A stretch of 62,691 nt of DNA, filler included. It is 6 parts of 6 records of this genome, joined end to end, with 100 filler letters (N's around TTAATTAATTAA, not from the genome) between each part and the next. Parts side by side here need not be neighbours in the genome. Positions count along the whole stretch, not along the records: positions 49,257 to 55,102 come from SRR31156797_46027; positions 55,203 to 62,691 come from SRR31156797_46078; 4 more parts are not named here. The stretch is one strand, 5' to 3'. Below, piece after piece: positions 49,880 to 59,895 of the stretch. Positions within the stretch are counted from its first letter, which is position 1. Every line of letters begins with the position of its first letter. The notes below the pieces were generated by a model. It had not been told where the DNA came from and made no database searches. It was given only the letters and a program-made list of their open reading frames with translations. A program made the translations under genes and the position numbers.

Positions 49880-50005
49880 AATTTTTATCCGGTTCAGCAA
49901 GCTGCATGGAGTGAATAATATTTTTATACGTACTGAAAACTGTCTTGATGGAGGGTATTTTTGTGTGTATTTTATTACGTATAAATATCCGGTGAGGGAG
50001 GGTGA

Positions 50006-50257
50006 ATGATGAGTACGGATGTTGTTCGATTAAATATTACGCTTCCAAAAGATATCGCTGAATCTTTGAATCTAATGGCCGAACCGAGAAAGCGCAGCCG
50101 GTTTATTGCGGAAGCCATTGTAGAACGGATTGAGCGAACACGGAAAGCCAGGCTTGAGAAGGACCTGGAAGAAGGCTACAGGGCAAACAGAAAGGAAATC
50201 TTTGTACTTTCAAAGGAATTTGAAACGGCTGATCTGGAGGGTTGGGATGAATATTAG
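50006..50257 (+). CDS. ribbon-helix-helix antitoxin
   Basis: VRLNITLPKD...RSRFIAEAI...LEEGY...ADLEGWDEY; overlaps the mazF start. Confidence 0.85.
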   Translation: MMSTDVVRLNITLPKDIAESLNLMAEPRKRSRFIAEAIVERIERTRKARLEKDLEEGYRANRKEIFVLSKEFETADLEGWDEY

Positions 50258-50500
50258 AAGGAGGGGATGTTATCTTGCCGCCCTCGATCCCGTCATAGGG
50301 CATGAAATCTCAAGAAGATATACCCTTTTGAAGCATTCTTGGCCAAGGGTGAGGGGAATCTTCCGAAACACTCAAAAGTCAAAGCCGATCAAATTCGAAC
50401 GCTGGATAAAAGCAGGTTGGTCAAATTTATCGGGATGTTGCAGGATCAACAAATTCAGGAGGTCGAAAATGCAACAGAAATCCATCTGGCTTTGTTCTGA
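50247..50500 (+). pseudogene. mazF: PemK/MazF toxin pseudogene (internal deletion plus frameshift)
   Basis: MNIRRRGCYLAALDPVIGHEIS joins, in another frame, KIYPFEAFLAKGEGNLPKHSKVKADQIRTLDKSRL...IHLALF; the K.RP.VVVS...TVLPITS segment is missing. Confidence 0.82.
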
Positions 50501-50633
50501 TTGAAAAATTCCCTTCTCCCGGCGGAGGAGAATGCCGGAAGAAGGGGATGAAGCATCATGTTTCGGGTCCTGAATCATGAGCCCTGCCAGGGATTAAACC
50601 AGAACATAATGTTACGGGTGGCTTCAGGAAGGC

Positions 50634-51878
50634 TCATGTAGAGGGTCTGAAACAGGGTCTGTACATCTGCGGATGTGTACTCCTCGGTCCCCTGCTGATG
50701 ATGGGGGCGGCTTCGGAAGCATCCCACAGGATCCGTTTGGGTCCGTCGATGGTTGTTGACCATTCTTCCCAGAGAGGGAGGTCCCCGCCGTTTGGATCGT
50801 TTGTGCGGACGAAATTGGCCACATACGGCATCATACCCGCGGAAAGCGCCTGACGCCCCGGAGTGTCGTTGCCGGGCGAAAAGGCCGCACCGTAAAACAG
50901 GCTCATTTTAGCGCCAAAGAAGAATGGAATACCTGTTGCGTGAGCAGCTCCCCAGGTAAACTGGTAGGGTGTTCCGTCCCGACCGTCCCATTGCAACAGA
51001 TAGGCGTAAACCGGTTGATCCACATGGGTTTTGAGTGCCCTGGCAAAGTCGTCCACAAAGTTGACCCGCCAACAGAGGCTCCCGTAAGCGTTGCAAGCCG
51101 AATACATGTCCCGGTCCGCCTGCTGAGGGAAAATATCCTCCAGGGTGACCTCATCCCTGGTGACGACACTTGAGTCAGCCACCAGTTGCGGAACCACCAC
51201 CTTGAACTGATCCGCCCAGGTGTAGGGGCCGGATGGGACCGGCTCGGTGACGCCGTATTGGGGGTTCATGTAGGCGTATTTCACGGCAAGGCCCGAGGGC
51301 GGCAAATATATTTTCATTTCATCCGCGTTGCATCCCAGGGTTTCCAGACGGTATTGAACAAAGACCACCACCATGTTGGACCGGCTGGCGATCATGGAAC
51401 CCCAGTAATTGTTGGCGATGCCGTTGAAATTGTTGGAGCCGCCATGTGCCCAGAAGTAGACCGGTAGATCCGTCTCATCCGTATCGGGCCTCCAGACGGC
51501 CAGGATCAGGCAATCCTCGCTCCCGATGGGCTCGGTTTTTTCAAGGGAGCCGGTGATCGGTTTCATTCCCATCTGGCTGCACGGGACGCACTCGGTGGTG
51601 GCTTCAAGGGATGGCAAAACCCCTTCCCAGGGTTCCGGGTCCTGGGGCGCCTTCCAGCGAAGATCATTGGCCCGGGTCGGTGGCTTGGCGTACGAGATGC
51701 CCAGTTAGGCCATGGTGTCGCCGGCGTAGGAAGTATAGGGAATCCCGGACACCTTGCCGAATTCGGTGGAGCGGACGAATCTGTCAACGGGTGAGGTGCT
51801 GTTGCTGTCCGAATCGCTGCAACCCACCATCATGAGTAGGGGAAGCAGAAGGACCCATAATAAAAATCTCTTTTTCAT
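50634..51878 (-). pseudogene. type-B carboxylesterase lipoprotein pseudogene
   Basis: AAAGGAG RBS, MKKRF...VGC lipobox, in-frame TAA at 51705-51707, GISYAKPP..DLRWKAP, SEDCL, WAHGGSN, QYRL; GESAG region absent. Confidence 0.8.
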
Positions 51879-51948
51879 TTACGTCTCCTTTCTTTTTAAT
51901 AAAAATGTTTATATGAAATTGTAGCCATGTTACAGTGGTTTCCGGAAA

Positions 51949-51970
51949 GTTGACGGTTCGAACGGTCAAC
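51949..51970. promoter_or_regulatory. 22-bp palindrome, copy 1
   Basis: GTTGACGGTTCGAACGGTCAAC in the divergent intergenic region. Confidence 0.7.
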
Positions 51971-52038
51971 TTTTCTCGTTTTTCATTAATTTCCCACGAA
52001 AAGATCTTTATAAAAGCCCTTCATTCGTCAATAGGACC

Positions 52039-54444
52039 ATGGTTAAAGGAAAAGAACCGTCCTTTCAGATTGACCTGGAGCAGTTTAAGCTGCACGTGAA
52101 CATCCCGGGGCGTATGGTCCTGAGCCTTCAGTTTGACACCCCTTCCCGTCGATTTTACTTGTCCCTCATGGCCTTTGTGGTGGACCGTATGAAACAGGCG
52201 GGCCGTATTTCGTTTGTGCCCCTTCATTCGCACATGGATGTCCTGGCCCTGTTAAACGAAACCGTCGGCGGCTCGGCCGGTTCCTCCGAAAAGAAAAACA
52301 TGCTGTCCCGGATTTACCGGAAATGGAAGGACGCCCTGCCGGATTTGGAAAGTGCACCGCTTTTCAAAGTGGTGGGCCGAAAAAAGGGGTATGATGACGC
52401 GGCGGAAAAAACGTACCGGTTTGATGAGCAGGTCAAGGATGCCTGGGCCAATCTTTTTTCGTACCGGGGAAGCCGCGCAAACATCAGCTTGCTGTTATCC
52501 ATTGATCGGCTGGGGATTTCGCTGGATGATGTAACGATTGTTTATGGTCCGGAGAGCCGGGAGGATGGAACATCCCCCTGGGAGCTGTTTTTGAACAATT
52601 TGAGAAAAAATGATCTGTCGGATTCGGAACAGACTCCCGCCAGGGCGTCGGATTCGGATACGCCAATATCCGGAGATGATAAGCCTTTCGGTGAAGAAAA
52701 ATCCACAAAGGTTAAATGGCAAAATCCGTTGTTATGGGTACTTCTCATTTTGATGGCGCTGGTTGCCCTGTTTCTGGGCCTGAAATCCTTGCTTGAACCT
52801 GCCGGTGTAACGGATATTGAACCGGCGCAAAGCACATCGGCTCCTCGGTTGGCGAAGCCTTCCATTGCGGTACTTCCTTTCACAAACCTCAGCGGCGACC
52901 CCACGGAAGATTACCTGAGCGACGGTATCACCGAACAGATCATAACCGCCCTGGCCAAGACACCCAAAATGTTGGTCATCGCCCGAAATTCAAGCTATAT
53001 TTACAAGGGAAAGCCGACGAAGGTCCAGGAGATTGGGCGTGAACTGGGGGTTCGCTATGTGCTGGAAGGGAGTGTTCAGAAATCGGGGGATCGCATACGG
53101 ATTACGGCCCAGTTGATTGATGCGGCCACGGGACATCATCTGTGGGCGGAATCCTATGAAAGGGATCTGACAGATCTCTTTTCCTTTCAGGATGATATCA
53201 CTAAAAATGTGATAACAGCGCTGCAAGTACAATTGACGGATGGTGAATCCGCCCGGATTAACAGCAGAGGCACCGAAAATCTGGAAGCCTATCTAAAAGT
53301 CATGAAAGGGATACACCATGTTTATCGCTGGAATAAGAACGACAATGAGATTGGCAGGCGGTTGTACAATGAGGCCATCGCCCTGGATCCGGAATATGCC
53401 AATGCCTATACCTTGCTGGGGTGGACCTATCGGAATGAAGCCCTTTTCAAATGGGTCCGGACACCGGCACAATCCTATAAAAAGGCTATGGAAATAGGGC
53501 AAAAGGCCCTGTCCCTGGATGAGCAGGCCTCAGGGCCTTACATGCTTTTTGCAACAATTTACGCACAGACCGGGCAGCCCGATAAGGCGCTTGAAGCGGC
53601 CAACGAAGGCCTTTCCCTGGATCCTAATCTGGCTCGGATCAACTGGCTTTACGGCTACGCCCTTTTCGCAATAGGTAAATTCAGGGCGGCGATTCCGTGG
53701 ATCGAAAAGGCAATCGAAATAAACCCACTTATACAGCCGCGCTATCTTACCCATCTGGCTTGGGGCTATTTCTGGCTGGGAAACACGAAAAAATCCATCG
53801 CCATGCTTAGAAAAGCCGCCCATTATTATCCCGAGGATGCGGATACGCGTGCAATACTGGCGCTGGCGCTTCTTCAGGCCGGTAAACCGGGGAAAGCGTT
53901 TGAGGAGATTGATAAAGCTTTAGCCCTTAGGGGGAAGGGACCGGTATGGTTTACGGCGACCCGAGCCGTTGCCCTTTATGCCACCGGAAAGCCTGATGAA
54001 GCCATTGCCGTCATGGAAAAACTTATGGTGCACCGTCTGGATGATCCGGATGTGCTACGCCATTTTGGGCGTCTGTTGGGGTTGAACGGACGTCATGAAG
54101 AAGGGATTCTGATGGCGGAAAAGGCGGTCCGGATGCGACCCGGGCAGCTGACCCATCTGTTTCTGGGTCGACAGTATGTCATGGGCGGACAGTATGAAAA
54201 AGCCGTTCCGGAATTGAAAGAGGCCATCAGGCTTGCACCGGATCGCCTGCTGGGGCATCTCTGGCTTTCGGCCGCCTACAGCCTGGGCGGCAAAGTGAAG
54301 GAAGCGCGTGCCGAGATGGAGACGGTGCATCGGTTGAATCCTGATCTGTCCTTGGCAGTCTGCATGCGCAACAGTTTCAATGAATACCAATCGGAGGATA
54401 AAAAGCGGTTTATCAATGCCCTCAAAAGCGCGGGTTTGAAATGA
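52039..54444 (+). CDS. membrane-anchored protein: N-terminal putative wHTH, TM helix, TolB-N-like domain, TPR repeats
   Basis: PSIAVLPFTNLS.D..EDYLSDGITE, VIARNSS, ELGVRYVLEGSV; multiple TPRs; TM LLWVLLILMALVALFLGL. Confidence 0.88.
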   Translation: MVKGKEPSFQIDLEQFKLHVNIPGRMVLSLQFDTPSRRFYLSLMAFVVDRMKQAGRISFVPLHSHMDVLALLNETVGGSAGSSEKKNMLSRIYRKWKDALPDLESAPLFKVVGRKKGYDDAAEKTYRFDEQVKDAWANLFSYRGSRANISLLLSIDRLGISLDDVTIVYGPESREDGTSPWELFLNNLRKNDLSDSEQTPARASDSDTPISGDDKPFGEEKSTKVKWQNPLLWVLLILMALVALFLGLKSLLEPAGVTDIEPAQSTSAPRLAKPSIAVLPFTNLSGDPTEDYLSDGITEQIITALAKTPKMLVIARNSSYIYKGKPTKVQEIGRELGVRYVLEGSVQKSGDRIRITAQLIDAATGHHLWAESYERDLTDLFSFQDDITKNVITALQVQLTDGESARINSRGTENLEAYLKVMKGIHHVYRWNKNDNEIGRRLYNEAIALDPEYANAYTLLGWTYRNEALFKWVRTPAQSYKKAMEIGQKALSLDEQASGPYMLFATIYAQTGQPDKALEAANEGLSLDPNLARINWLYGYALFAIGKFRAAIPWIEKAIEINPLIQPRYLTHLAWGYFWLGNTKKSIAMLRKAAHYYPEDADTRAILALALLQAGKPGKAFEEIDKALALRGKGPVWFTATRAVALYATGKPDEAIAVMEKLMVHRLDDPDVLRHFGRLLGLNGRHEEGILMAEKAVRMRPGQLTHLFLGRQYVMGGQYEKAVPELKEAIRLAPDRLLGHLWLSAAYSLGGKVKEARAEMETVHRLNPDLSLAVCMRNSFNEYQSEDKKRFINALKSAGLK

Positions 54445-54533
54445 AAGACCCTGCTTAATGCCCAAGTCTATTTACTCTTCCTTCCATCGCTATAAACCCG
54501 TTTATTATAAAAAAACCTGAAAATTGAAAAAAT

Positions 54534-54555
54534 GTTGACGGTCAGAACCGTCAAC
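54534..54555. promoter_or_regulatory. 22-bp palindrome, copy 2
   Basis: GTTGACGGTCAGAACCGTCAAC. Confidence 0.7.
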
Positions 54556-55035
54556 AAGTCGTCACAAATGCTAAGGATGGCAGAATTTTCTGTTTTGGTG
54601 CGCCATATTGAAATGAATTGCCCATGAGATGTTATAGCTGGCGAGGGTTCTGGAGTACACTCTGGATTAATGATCCGGTGGATGAGACAGTGGTGATGTT
54701 CATGTCACAGATTCCGCAGGCGGGTCTTCCATGGGGCTATAGGGTAAAAAATGCGGCAGGTGCGGCGGTGATACAATAAGGAAGATATGCTTTCGGAGAA
54801 CAAATTGAGCCCGACTTGAAATACCACACCAATACGTTCCCTCGTTCCCTGGTCTTGCCCAGGAGTGAGGGGACTCTTATTTGGGGAAATCGCCGCCTCT
54901 CGGGTGAGTTCTCAAATGGCCTTAATGGTTCATGGCGTTATCCGGATTATCCTGATGAAGCCTCCCCCATAGAATCGAATCCGCTCAAAAAAATCTTTTT
55001 TTCAGAATTATTTTAATGTTACAGTCCACAACTCT

Positions 55036-55057
55036 TTGGACGATTATAACCGTCAAC
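55036..55057. promoter_or_regulatory. 22-bp palindrome, copy 3 (degenerate)
   Basis: TTGGACGATTATAACCGTCAAC. Confidence 0.55.
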
Positions 55058-55102
55058 TTTTTTTGGCTCATTGCGGATTAACGTGAAAACTACCCCGGAG
55101 GG
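55058..55102. repeat. 45-bp dispersed repeat, copy 2 (inverted relative to 11-55)
   Basis: 42/45 identity to 11-55; lies at the contig end. Confidence 0.75.
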
Positions 55103-55202
55103 NNNNNNNNNNNNNNNNNNNNNNNNNNNNNNNNNNNNNNNNNNNNTTAATTAATTAANNNNNNNNNNNNNNNNNNNNNNNNNNNNNNNNNNNNNNNNNN
55201 NN
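55103..55202. other. contig-joining gap
   Basis: N-run with TTAATTAATTAA. Confidence 0.98.
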
Positions 55203-55296
55203 GATTCACCACTTCTCGTGTTGGTCACCCTTTTTGTAATTCACAACTGCCCTGAAGCCCTGAACAGTATATCCAGCTCATTGACGAGTTCAAATT

Positions 55297-55327
55297 AAAA
55301 AACCGTTCCCAACCAGGTGGGAACGGT
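55297..55327 (-). terminator. Rho-independent terminator
   Basis: ACCGTTCCCA...TGGGAACGGT with a U-tract on the minus strand. Confidence 0.8.
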
Positions 55328-55360
55328 GGAACTTCTTCTCCTTGAAAGACGATCCTGTGC

Positions 55361-56350
55361 TTAAGAAGCCGCCTTTTCTTTCTTGGGTTTCTTTTTGTCG
55401 ACAGGCTTGGCCTTCTTGAAATTGAAACCGAGGTTATTGGCCACCTGCCTGAGATGCCCCTTCTTGCCGCCGTGAATGGATTTGTTCACCAGCTTGTGTT
55501 CTCCCGTCTTCGGGTCCTTGAGGATCATTGCAGTTGATCCACCACCATCAAGATTCAAAGCATGATATGCACCAAGATCCGCAAACATGTGAGCCAGTTC
55601 ATACAGCGTCATTCCCTCACTGACGCCTTCCTGGCGACCATCTGCAACAATCACAAACAGTTTTTTTCCTTTTTGATCAACACCAATAGCCGTGCGAGGA
55701 TTCACGTCGATGAAATTCGGATTCACGCCTTTTGTCGTCTTTTCAACGACATCCTTCCCGTCAATCAGCAGCATGTGGAAACCGGACACCGCATCATCAA
55801 TCTCTTCCAGTTTGTAAGGCGGATTGGAGATCACAATGTCCCCATCTTTTTCCAGAATGAATGCACCAAAGCGATCATCCTGGGGAGAATAGACCTTCCC
55901 TTCACAGGCACCGAGACCGACAACCTGCATAGGTTCTCCCGCTTTCTTGCGGAAAGGTGCAAACGCACTGGCATTGATCGCAAAATCCACGTCTTCTCCC
56001 TGGGCGAACTCAAGCGTGTTCTCACAAAGCGTTTCATGATCCGGTTTGGCTTTTTCCGATCCGCACGTTGCCACGATTTCAACCGGTTGCGTCAGGTCGA
56101 TAATCGCAACCCAGCACTTCAGAGGACGCGGAGATTCATATCGTCGATACTCCAACTCAAGACCCGGATATGGATTATTCTGCTGAGAGTCAACGATCTT
56201 CTTGAAAGGTGTTACGGAAACCGGTTTCTTCTGCTCCGGGGCATCTTTGGGTTTATCCACGTCTACTGCCAGGGCTGGCGCTGCCAATCCCACAACAAAC
56301 AAACACGTTACTGCAACAAACACTTTTTTCTGTAAACAACACTGGAACAT
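55361..56350 (-). CDS. phosphodiester glycosidase (NAGPA/DUF2233) family secreted protein
   Basis: signal peptide; AINASAF, NPRTAIG, DGRQ..SEGM, ALNLDGGGS. Confidence 0.9.
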   Translation of the reverse strand: MFQCCLQKKVFVAVTCLFVVGLAAPALAVDVDKPKDAPEQKKPVSVTPFKKIVDSQQNNPYPGLELEYRRYESPRPLKCWVAIIDLTQPVEIVATCGSEKAKPDHETLCENTLEFAQGEDVDFAINASAFAPFRKKAGEPMQVVGLGACEGKVYSPQDDRFGAFILEKDGDIVISNPPYKLEEIDDAVSGFHMLLIDGKDVVEKTTKGVNPNFIDVNPRTAIGVDQKGKKLFVIVADGRQEGVSEGMTLYELAHMFADLGAYHALNLDGGGSTAMILKDPKTGEHKLVNKSIHGGKKGHLRQVANNLGFNFKKAKPVDKKKPKKEKAAS

Positions 56351-56602
56351 TTTTCACAACCTTTCCAAGAATTATGCCAAAGAATACTCGCCCTGCTCTG
56401 CTGCAGATTCAAAGACCATACTCATACCGATATTCTCCACAAAGGAGCCTGGCTACTGTGTATGCAGCATACATGCTTACCCTGAAGAAAAACACAGCAG
56501 AAAACGGCAAAGTACCAATATACAAGTTGAAAAATCTTCATGTTATGCAAATAATAAAACAGGTGCATTTATTGAACTCATAGCCAGAAAGCACGTGAGG
56601 AC

Positions 56603-57358
56603 ATGAATAATCATCTGGGCGCCGTGTGCGACGACTTTTATATGAACTGCCGGCTTCAACTCCGGCTCGAAATCCCGTTTGAACAGGAGACGTTCCTGCG
56701 GTTCTTCGAGCGGATCGGCAAGACCTTCCCGGAAATGCGGAAACTCCGTCACCGGGAAGACGGCTCGCTTCTCCTCGAGGAGGAGCCGGACGGAAGGAAT
56801 CCGCGCAAATGGCTCCGGGTGGAATCGTCGGCACTCCGATTCGGAGCGTTTCCGGTAACCGATCCGTCTTACTTCTTCACACTCGCTGAAACGGTTCTGG
56901 AATTCGCCCCGTATTACCTGACGCTCAGCCCCATTAACTTTGAATACTTCGAAGTCCTTTATGGATTCGATCTGGATTACAGGGGAAATCACGACCAGTT
57001 ACTCGCTGAAACCTTCTGGGGAGATTCTCCGTTTGCCGGTTTCATCATGGGCGAAAAGGCAATCCATGCTATCGAATGTCAACCCTACTTCGGCATCTCC
57101 ATGCGTCCGGATTGTGATCTCCAGGCGTACGTGGAAATCAAATCCCGGTCCTCAACTTGGGAAATCCGGACCGGCGAATACGACGGTTCCCCGATCAGCG
57201 TCTTTCTGACAGCACGAAAATACTGGGGATTTGATGATCCTCCCTCATTGATGAATGCCGCGCGGGATATATCATCTCAACTGGACGAAATCGCTGCTGA
57301 GCAGGTTGTTCCCCTGATGGTGAACCCCCTTGCCCAGGCAATAGCAGGACGTACCTGA
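56603..57358 (+). CDS. hypothetical protein (resembles a Planctomycetota-conserved family)
   Basis: 251-aa ORF with GAGG RBS, co-oriented with rpe; CDDFY..., GFDLDYRGNHD. Confidence 0.78.
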   Translation: MNNHLGAVCDDFYMNCRLQLRLEIPFEQETFLRFFERIGKTFPEMRKLRHREDGSLLLEEEPDGRNPRKWLRVESSALRFGAFPVTDPSYFFTLAETVLEFAPYYLTLSPINFEYFEVLYGFDLDYRGNHDQLLAETFWGDSPFAGFIMGEKAIHAIECQPYFGISMRPDCDLQAYVEIKSRSSTWEIRTGEYDGSPISVFLTARKYWGFDDPPSLMNAARDISSQLDEIAAEQVVPLMVNPLAQAIAGRT

Positions 57359-57371
57359 CGGAATCTCAATA

Positions 57372-58055
57372 ATGGAATACAATCTCACCGAACCGGGAAT
57401 CCGGATCGCTCCATCGATCCTGTCCGCTGACTTCACAAAACTGGCCGATGACATTGCGGTAGTCGAAAACGGCGGTGCGGACATCCTCCACCTGGATGTC
57501 ATGGATGGGCACTTCGTTCCCAATATCACATTCGGTCCTCCGCTCGTGAAATCAATCCGCCAGACAACGAAGCTGTTTCTCGATACACATCTGATGATTA
57601 CGGATCCGATGAAGTATGCAGAACCGTTCATCAAAGCTGGAGCGGACCTTCTGACGTTTCATATCGAAGTCACCCAGACACCCCTGAAAATAATCAAGCA
57701 CATCAGGGATCTCGGAGCGGGTGTCGGCATTTCGCTGAATCCGGGTACTGCGGCGGAAGACATCTTCCCTGTCCTCGATGAAGTAGACATGGTGCTGGTC
57801 ATGAGCGTCTGGCCTGGTTTCGGAGGGCAGGCATTCATGCCTGAAGTACTGGAGAAGGTAACCGCGATCCGCGAGCGACTTCGTCCGGACCAGAGACTGG
57901 AGATTGACGGCGGAATCGATGTGAACACTATTGTGGGTGCCGTCACCGCCGGTGCTGATACGTTTGTGGCAGGCTCAGCGGTGTTTAATACGGAGTCGCC
58001 CCCTGCTGCTATCGCAGCTCTGAAGAAAACAGCAGCAGCAAAGCATACTGCGTAA
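57372..58055 (+). CDS. rpe: ribulose-phosphate 3-epimerase
   Basis: IAPSILSADF, HLDVMDGHFVPN, DTHLM, MSVWPGFGGQ, IDGG. Confidence 0.97.
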   Translation: MEYNLTEPGIRIAPSILSADFTKLADDIAVVENGGADILHLDVMDGHFVPNITFGPPLVKSIRQTTKLFLDTHLMITDPMKYAEPFIKAGADLLTFHIEVTQTPLKIIKHIRDLGAGVGISLNPGTAAEDIFPVLDEVDMVLVMSVWPGFGGQAFMPEVLEKVTAIRERLRPDQRLEIDGGIDVNTIVGAVTAGADTFVAGSAVFNTESPPAAIAALKKTAAAKHTA

Positions 58056-58239
58056 CCCGAAACTATTGTTTTTTCCAACACTGCTCTCGCAGATCTATTG
58101 GGATTCACTGGCGAATCCACGAAATCAGGCTACAATACAAGATTGGTGTACGCGTCAGGCAACTCCGGAGGTCTATGGTCCTGCTGGCCTGGCAAGATCA
58201 ATTGTCATAGAAGAATGATCTTTCATAGAGGTATCCCGA

Positions 58240-59070
58240 ATGACTCAGAACGATAAAGCAGTGAGTAATCGCCAGGAAGTCAGCGTTCCTGCAGGTGTCT
58301 GGGAAAGCTGCGACAAGTGTGGCGCCATGCTGTATCGGCAGGATGTCGAAGAGAATCTGTACGTTTGCCCCGAATGTCAGCATCACCGTCGCATTGATGC
58401 CAGGACCCGGGTGAAGCAGCTTGTCGATCCGGATACCTTCGAAGAGTTCATGGAAGACCTCACCACCACCAATCCTCTGAAGTTCAAGGATCGCATTCCA
58501 TATGATGAACGCATTGAAGCCCAGCAGAAAAAGACGGGCGAAAAGGATGCCGTCGTTGTGGGCTATGCCTATATCCGCGGCCGTCGTGTCGTTCTGGCCG
58601 TCATGAATCCAGCGTTCATCATGGCCTCAATGGGTTCGGTGGTCGGGGAAAAAATCACATCAGCGATCGAAAAAGCTGCTGATGACAACCTTCCCATGAT
58701 CGTGGTCACTGCCTCGGGTGGTGCCCGCATGCAGGAAGGAATGGTTTCCCTGGTCCAGATGTCGAAAACCTCAGCCGCCCTCGCCCGTCTCGATGATGCA
58801 GGCGGACTCTATATTGTCATTGCCACTGATCCCACGACTGCAGGCGTGGCTGCCAGTTTTGCCAGTCTCGGAGATATCACAATAGCCGAACCGAAAGCCA
58901 TGATGGGCTTTGCAGGTCCCCGCGTGATCGCCAATACGATCAAGGCGGAACTGCCGGATGGTTTCCAGACGGCGGAGTTCATGCTCGACCATGGCTTCGT
59001 TGACCGGATCGTGCACCGCAAAGACCTCCGCACGGAGATCGCACGCATCATTGACTATTGTGGAAAGTAG
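58240..59070 (+). CDS. accD: acetyl-CoA carboxylase carboxyltransferase beta subunit
   Basis: CDKC...CPEC zinc finger, SMGSVVGEKI, SGGARMQEG, PTTAGVAASFA, GFAGPRVI. Confidence 0.97.
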   Translation: MTQNDKAVSNRQEVSVPAGVWESCDKCGAMLYRQDVEENLYVCPECQHHRRIDARTRVKQLVDPDTFEEFMEDLTTTNPLKFKDRIPYDERIEAQQKKTGEKDAVVVGYAYIRGRRVVLAVMNPAFIMASMGSVVGEKITSAIEKAADDNLPMIVVTASGGARMQEGMVSLVQMSKTSAALARLDDAGGLYIVIATDPTTAGVAASFASLGDITIAEPKAMMGFAGPRVIANTIKAELPDGFQTAEFMLDHGFVDRIVHRKDLRTEIARIIDYCGK

Positions 59071-59265
59071 CTCCTCAGTGTATACACACAATATGTAGTA
59101 GCTTATGCTTCCAGTGGCGACGGGAGGCATAAGTTCTTCATTTACAAGAAGAAAAGTGAAGTTTTATCGGGCTTCTTGCCGATGTTATCATTGGCAGGTG
59201 TTTTGGCGCGTCTTGTTGATAAGACAACCTGCTGAAACTCACACCCTCTGTTGATGGAATAAGGC

Positions 59266-59823
59266 ATGAACGAACGACGTCGTATGATTTCTGTGCTTGG
59301 CTCCTTGGTCCTGATGATGACTGGAACAGCGTACCTGCTGTCCATGATCCAGCCTTCGACCACGGAACAAGTCAGGATGAATCCGATCGTGATTGCCGAA
59401 AAAGCCAGAACAGCGGTGGGAAATGACCTGATGATCCCGGAAAACCGCTGGCGTGAGGTAGAACTGGATGGCCTGACCTCCAGCCTTCGTACAGGCGAAA
59501 CCTTGACCGCAGTCACCCAGACCAACGACTATCACTTCGTGATTACTGCAGATGGTCAGGTTCAATCCTGCAGGCCTTGGTCAAACCAGGCACAGATTGA
59601 TAAAAGCCCGGCTACCGTGCGGATTGCGATCCTGTTCTCGGAAACGGACCCAGCGCTGACGGATTACCAGGAAGTCGCCCTGGATACGGTTTTGAACGAA
59701 CTGGATAAGCGGTGTTCGAAGGATGGGGAATTGCTCGCGTGCCGTATCCAGAAAGCAGATACGGACCAGGCGCACACGTTCGCCCTGTCACTGCTCAATC
59801 ACCTCGATGGAACTGTACAATAG
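59266..59823 (+). CDS. membrane-anchored protein with a degenerate Amidase_2-like domain
   Basis: N-terminal TM; YHFVITADGQVQ..RPWSNQ and TDYQEVAL resemble N-acetylmuramoyl-L-alanine amidase; zinc ligands not evident. Confidence 0.6.
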   Translation: MNERRRMISVLGSLVLMMTGTAYLLSMIQPSTTEQVRMNPIVIAEKARTAVGNDLMIPENRWREVELDGLTSSLRTGETLTAVTQTNDYHFVITADGQVQSCRPWSNQAQIDKSPATVRIAILFSETDPALTDYQEVALDTVLNELDKRCSKDGELLACRIQKADTDQAHTFALSLLNHLDGTVQ

Positions 59824-59895
59824 CCCTATTCAGCGACTGACCAGCGAACAGACGCACGCTGATTGTCGACTCACCAACAAACCGTTAGCTGGATC

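Noticed and set aside
50130-50504. 124-aa ORF in the track
   Set aside because: Chimeric frame that overlaps the antitoxin and reads through the frameshifted mazF remnant
51705-51707. Stop-codon recoding (Sec/Pyl) in the esterase
   Set aside because: The stop is TAA and the gene carries additional inactivating lesions
51949-55057. Palindrome copies as CRISPR repeats or transposon terminal repeats
   Set aside because: Spacing of 0.5-2.6 kb, no spacer array, no cas or transposase gene; operator interpretation preferred
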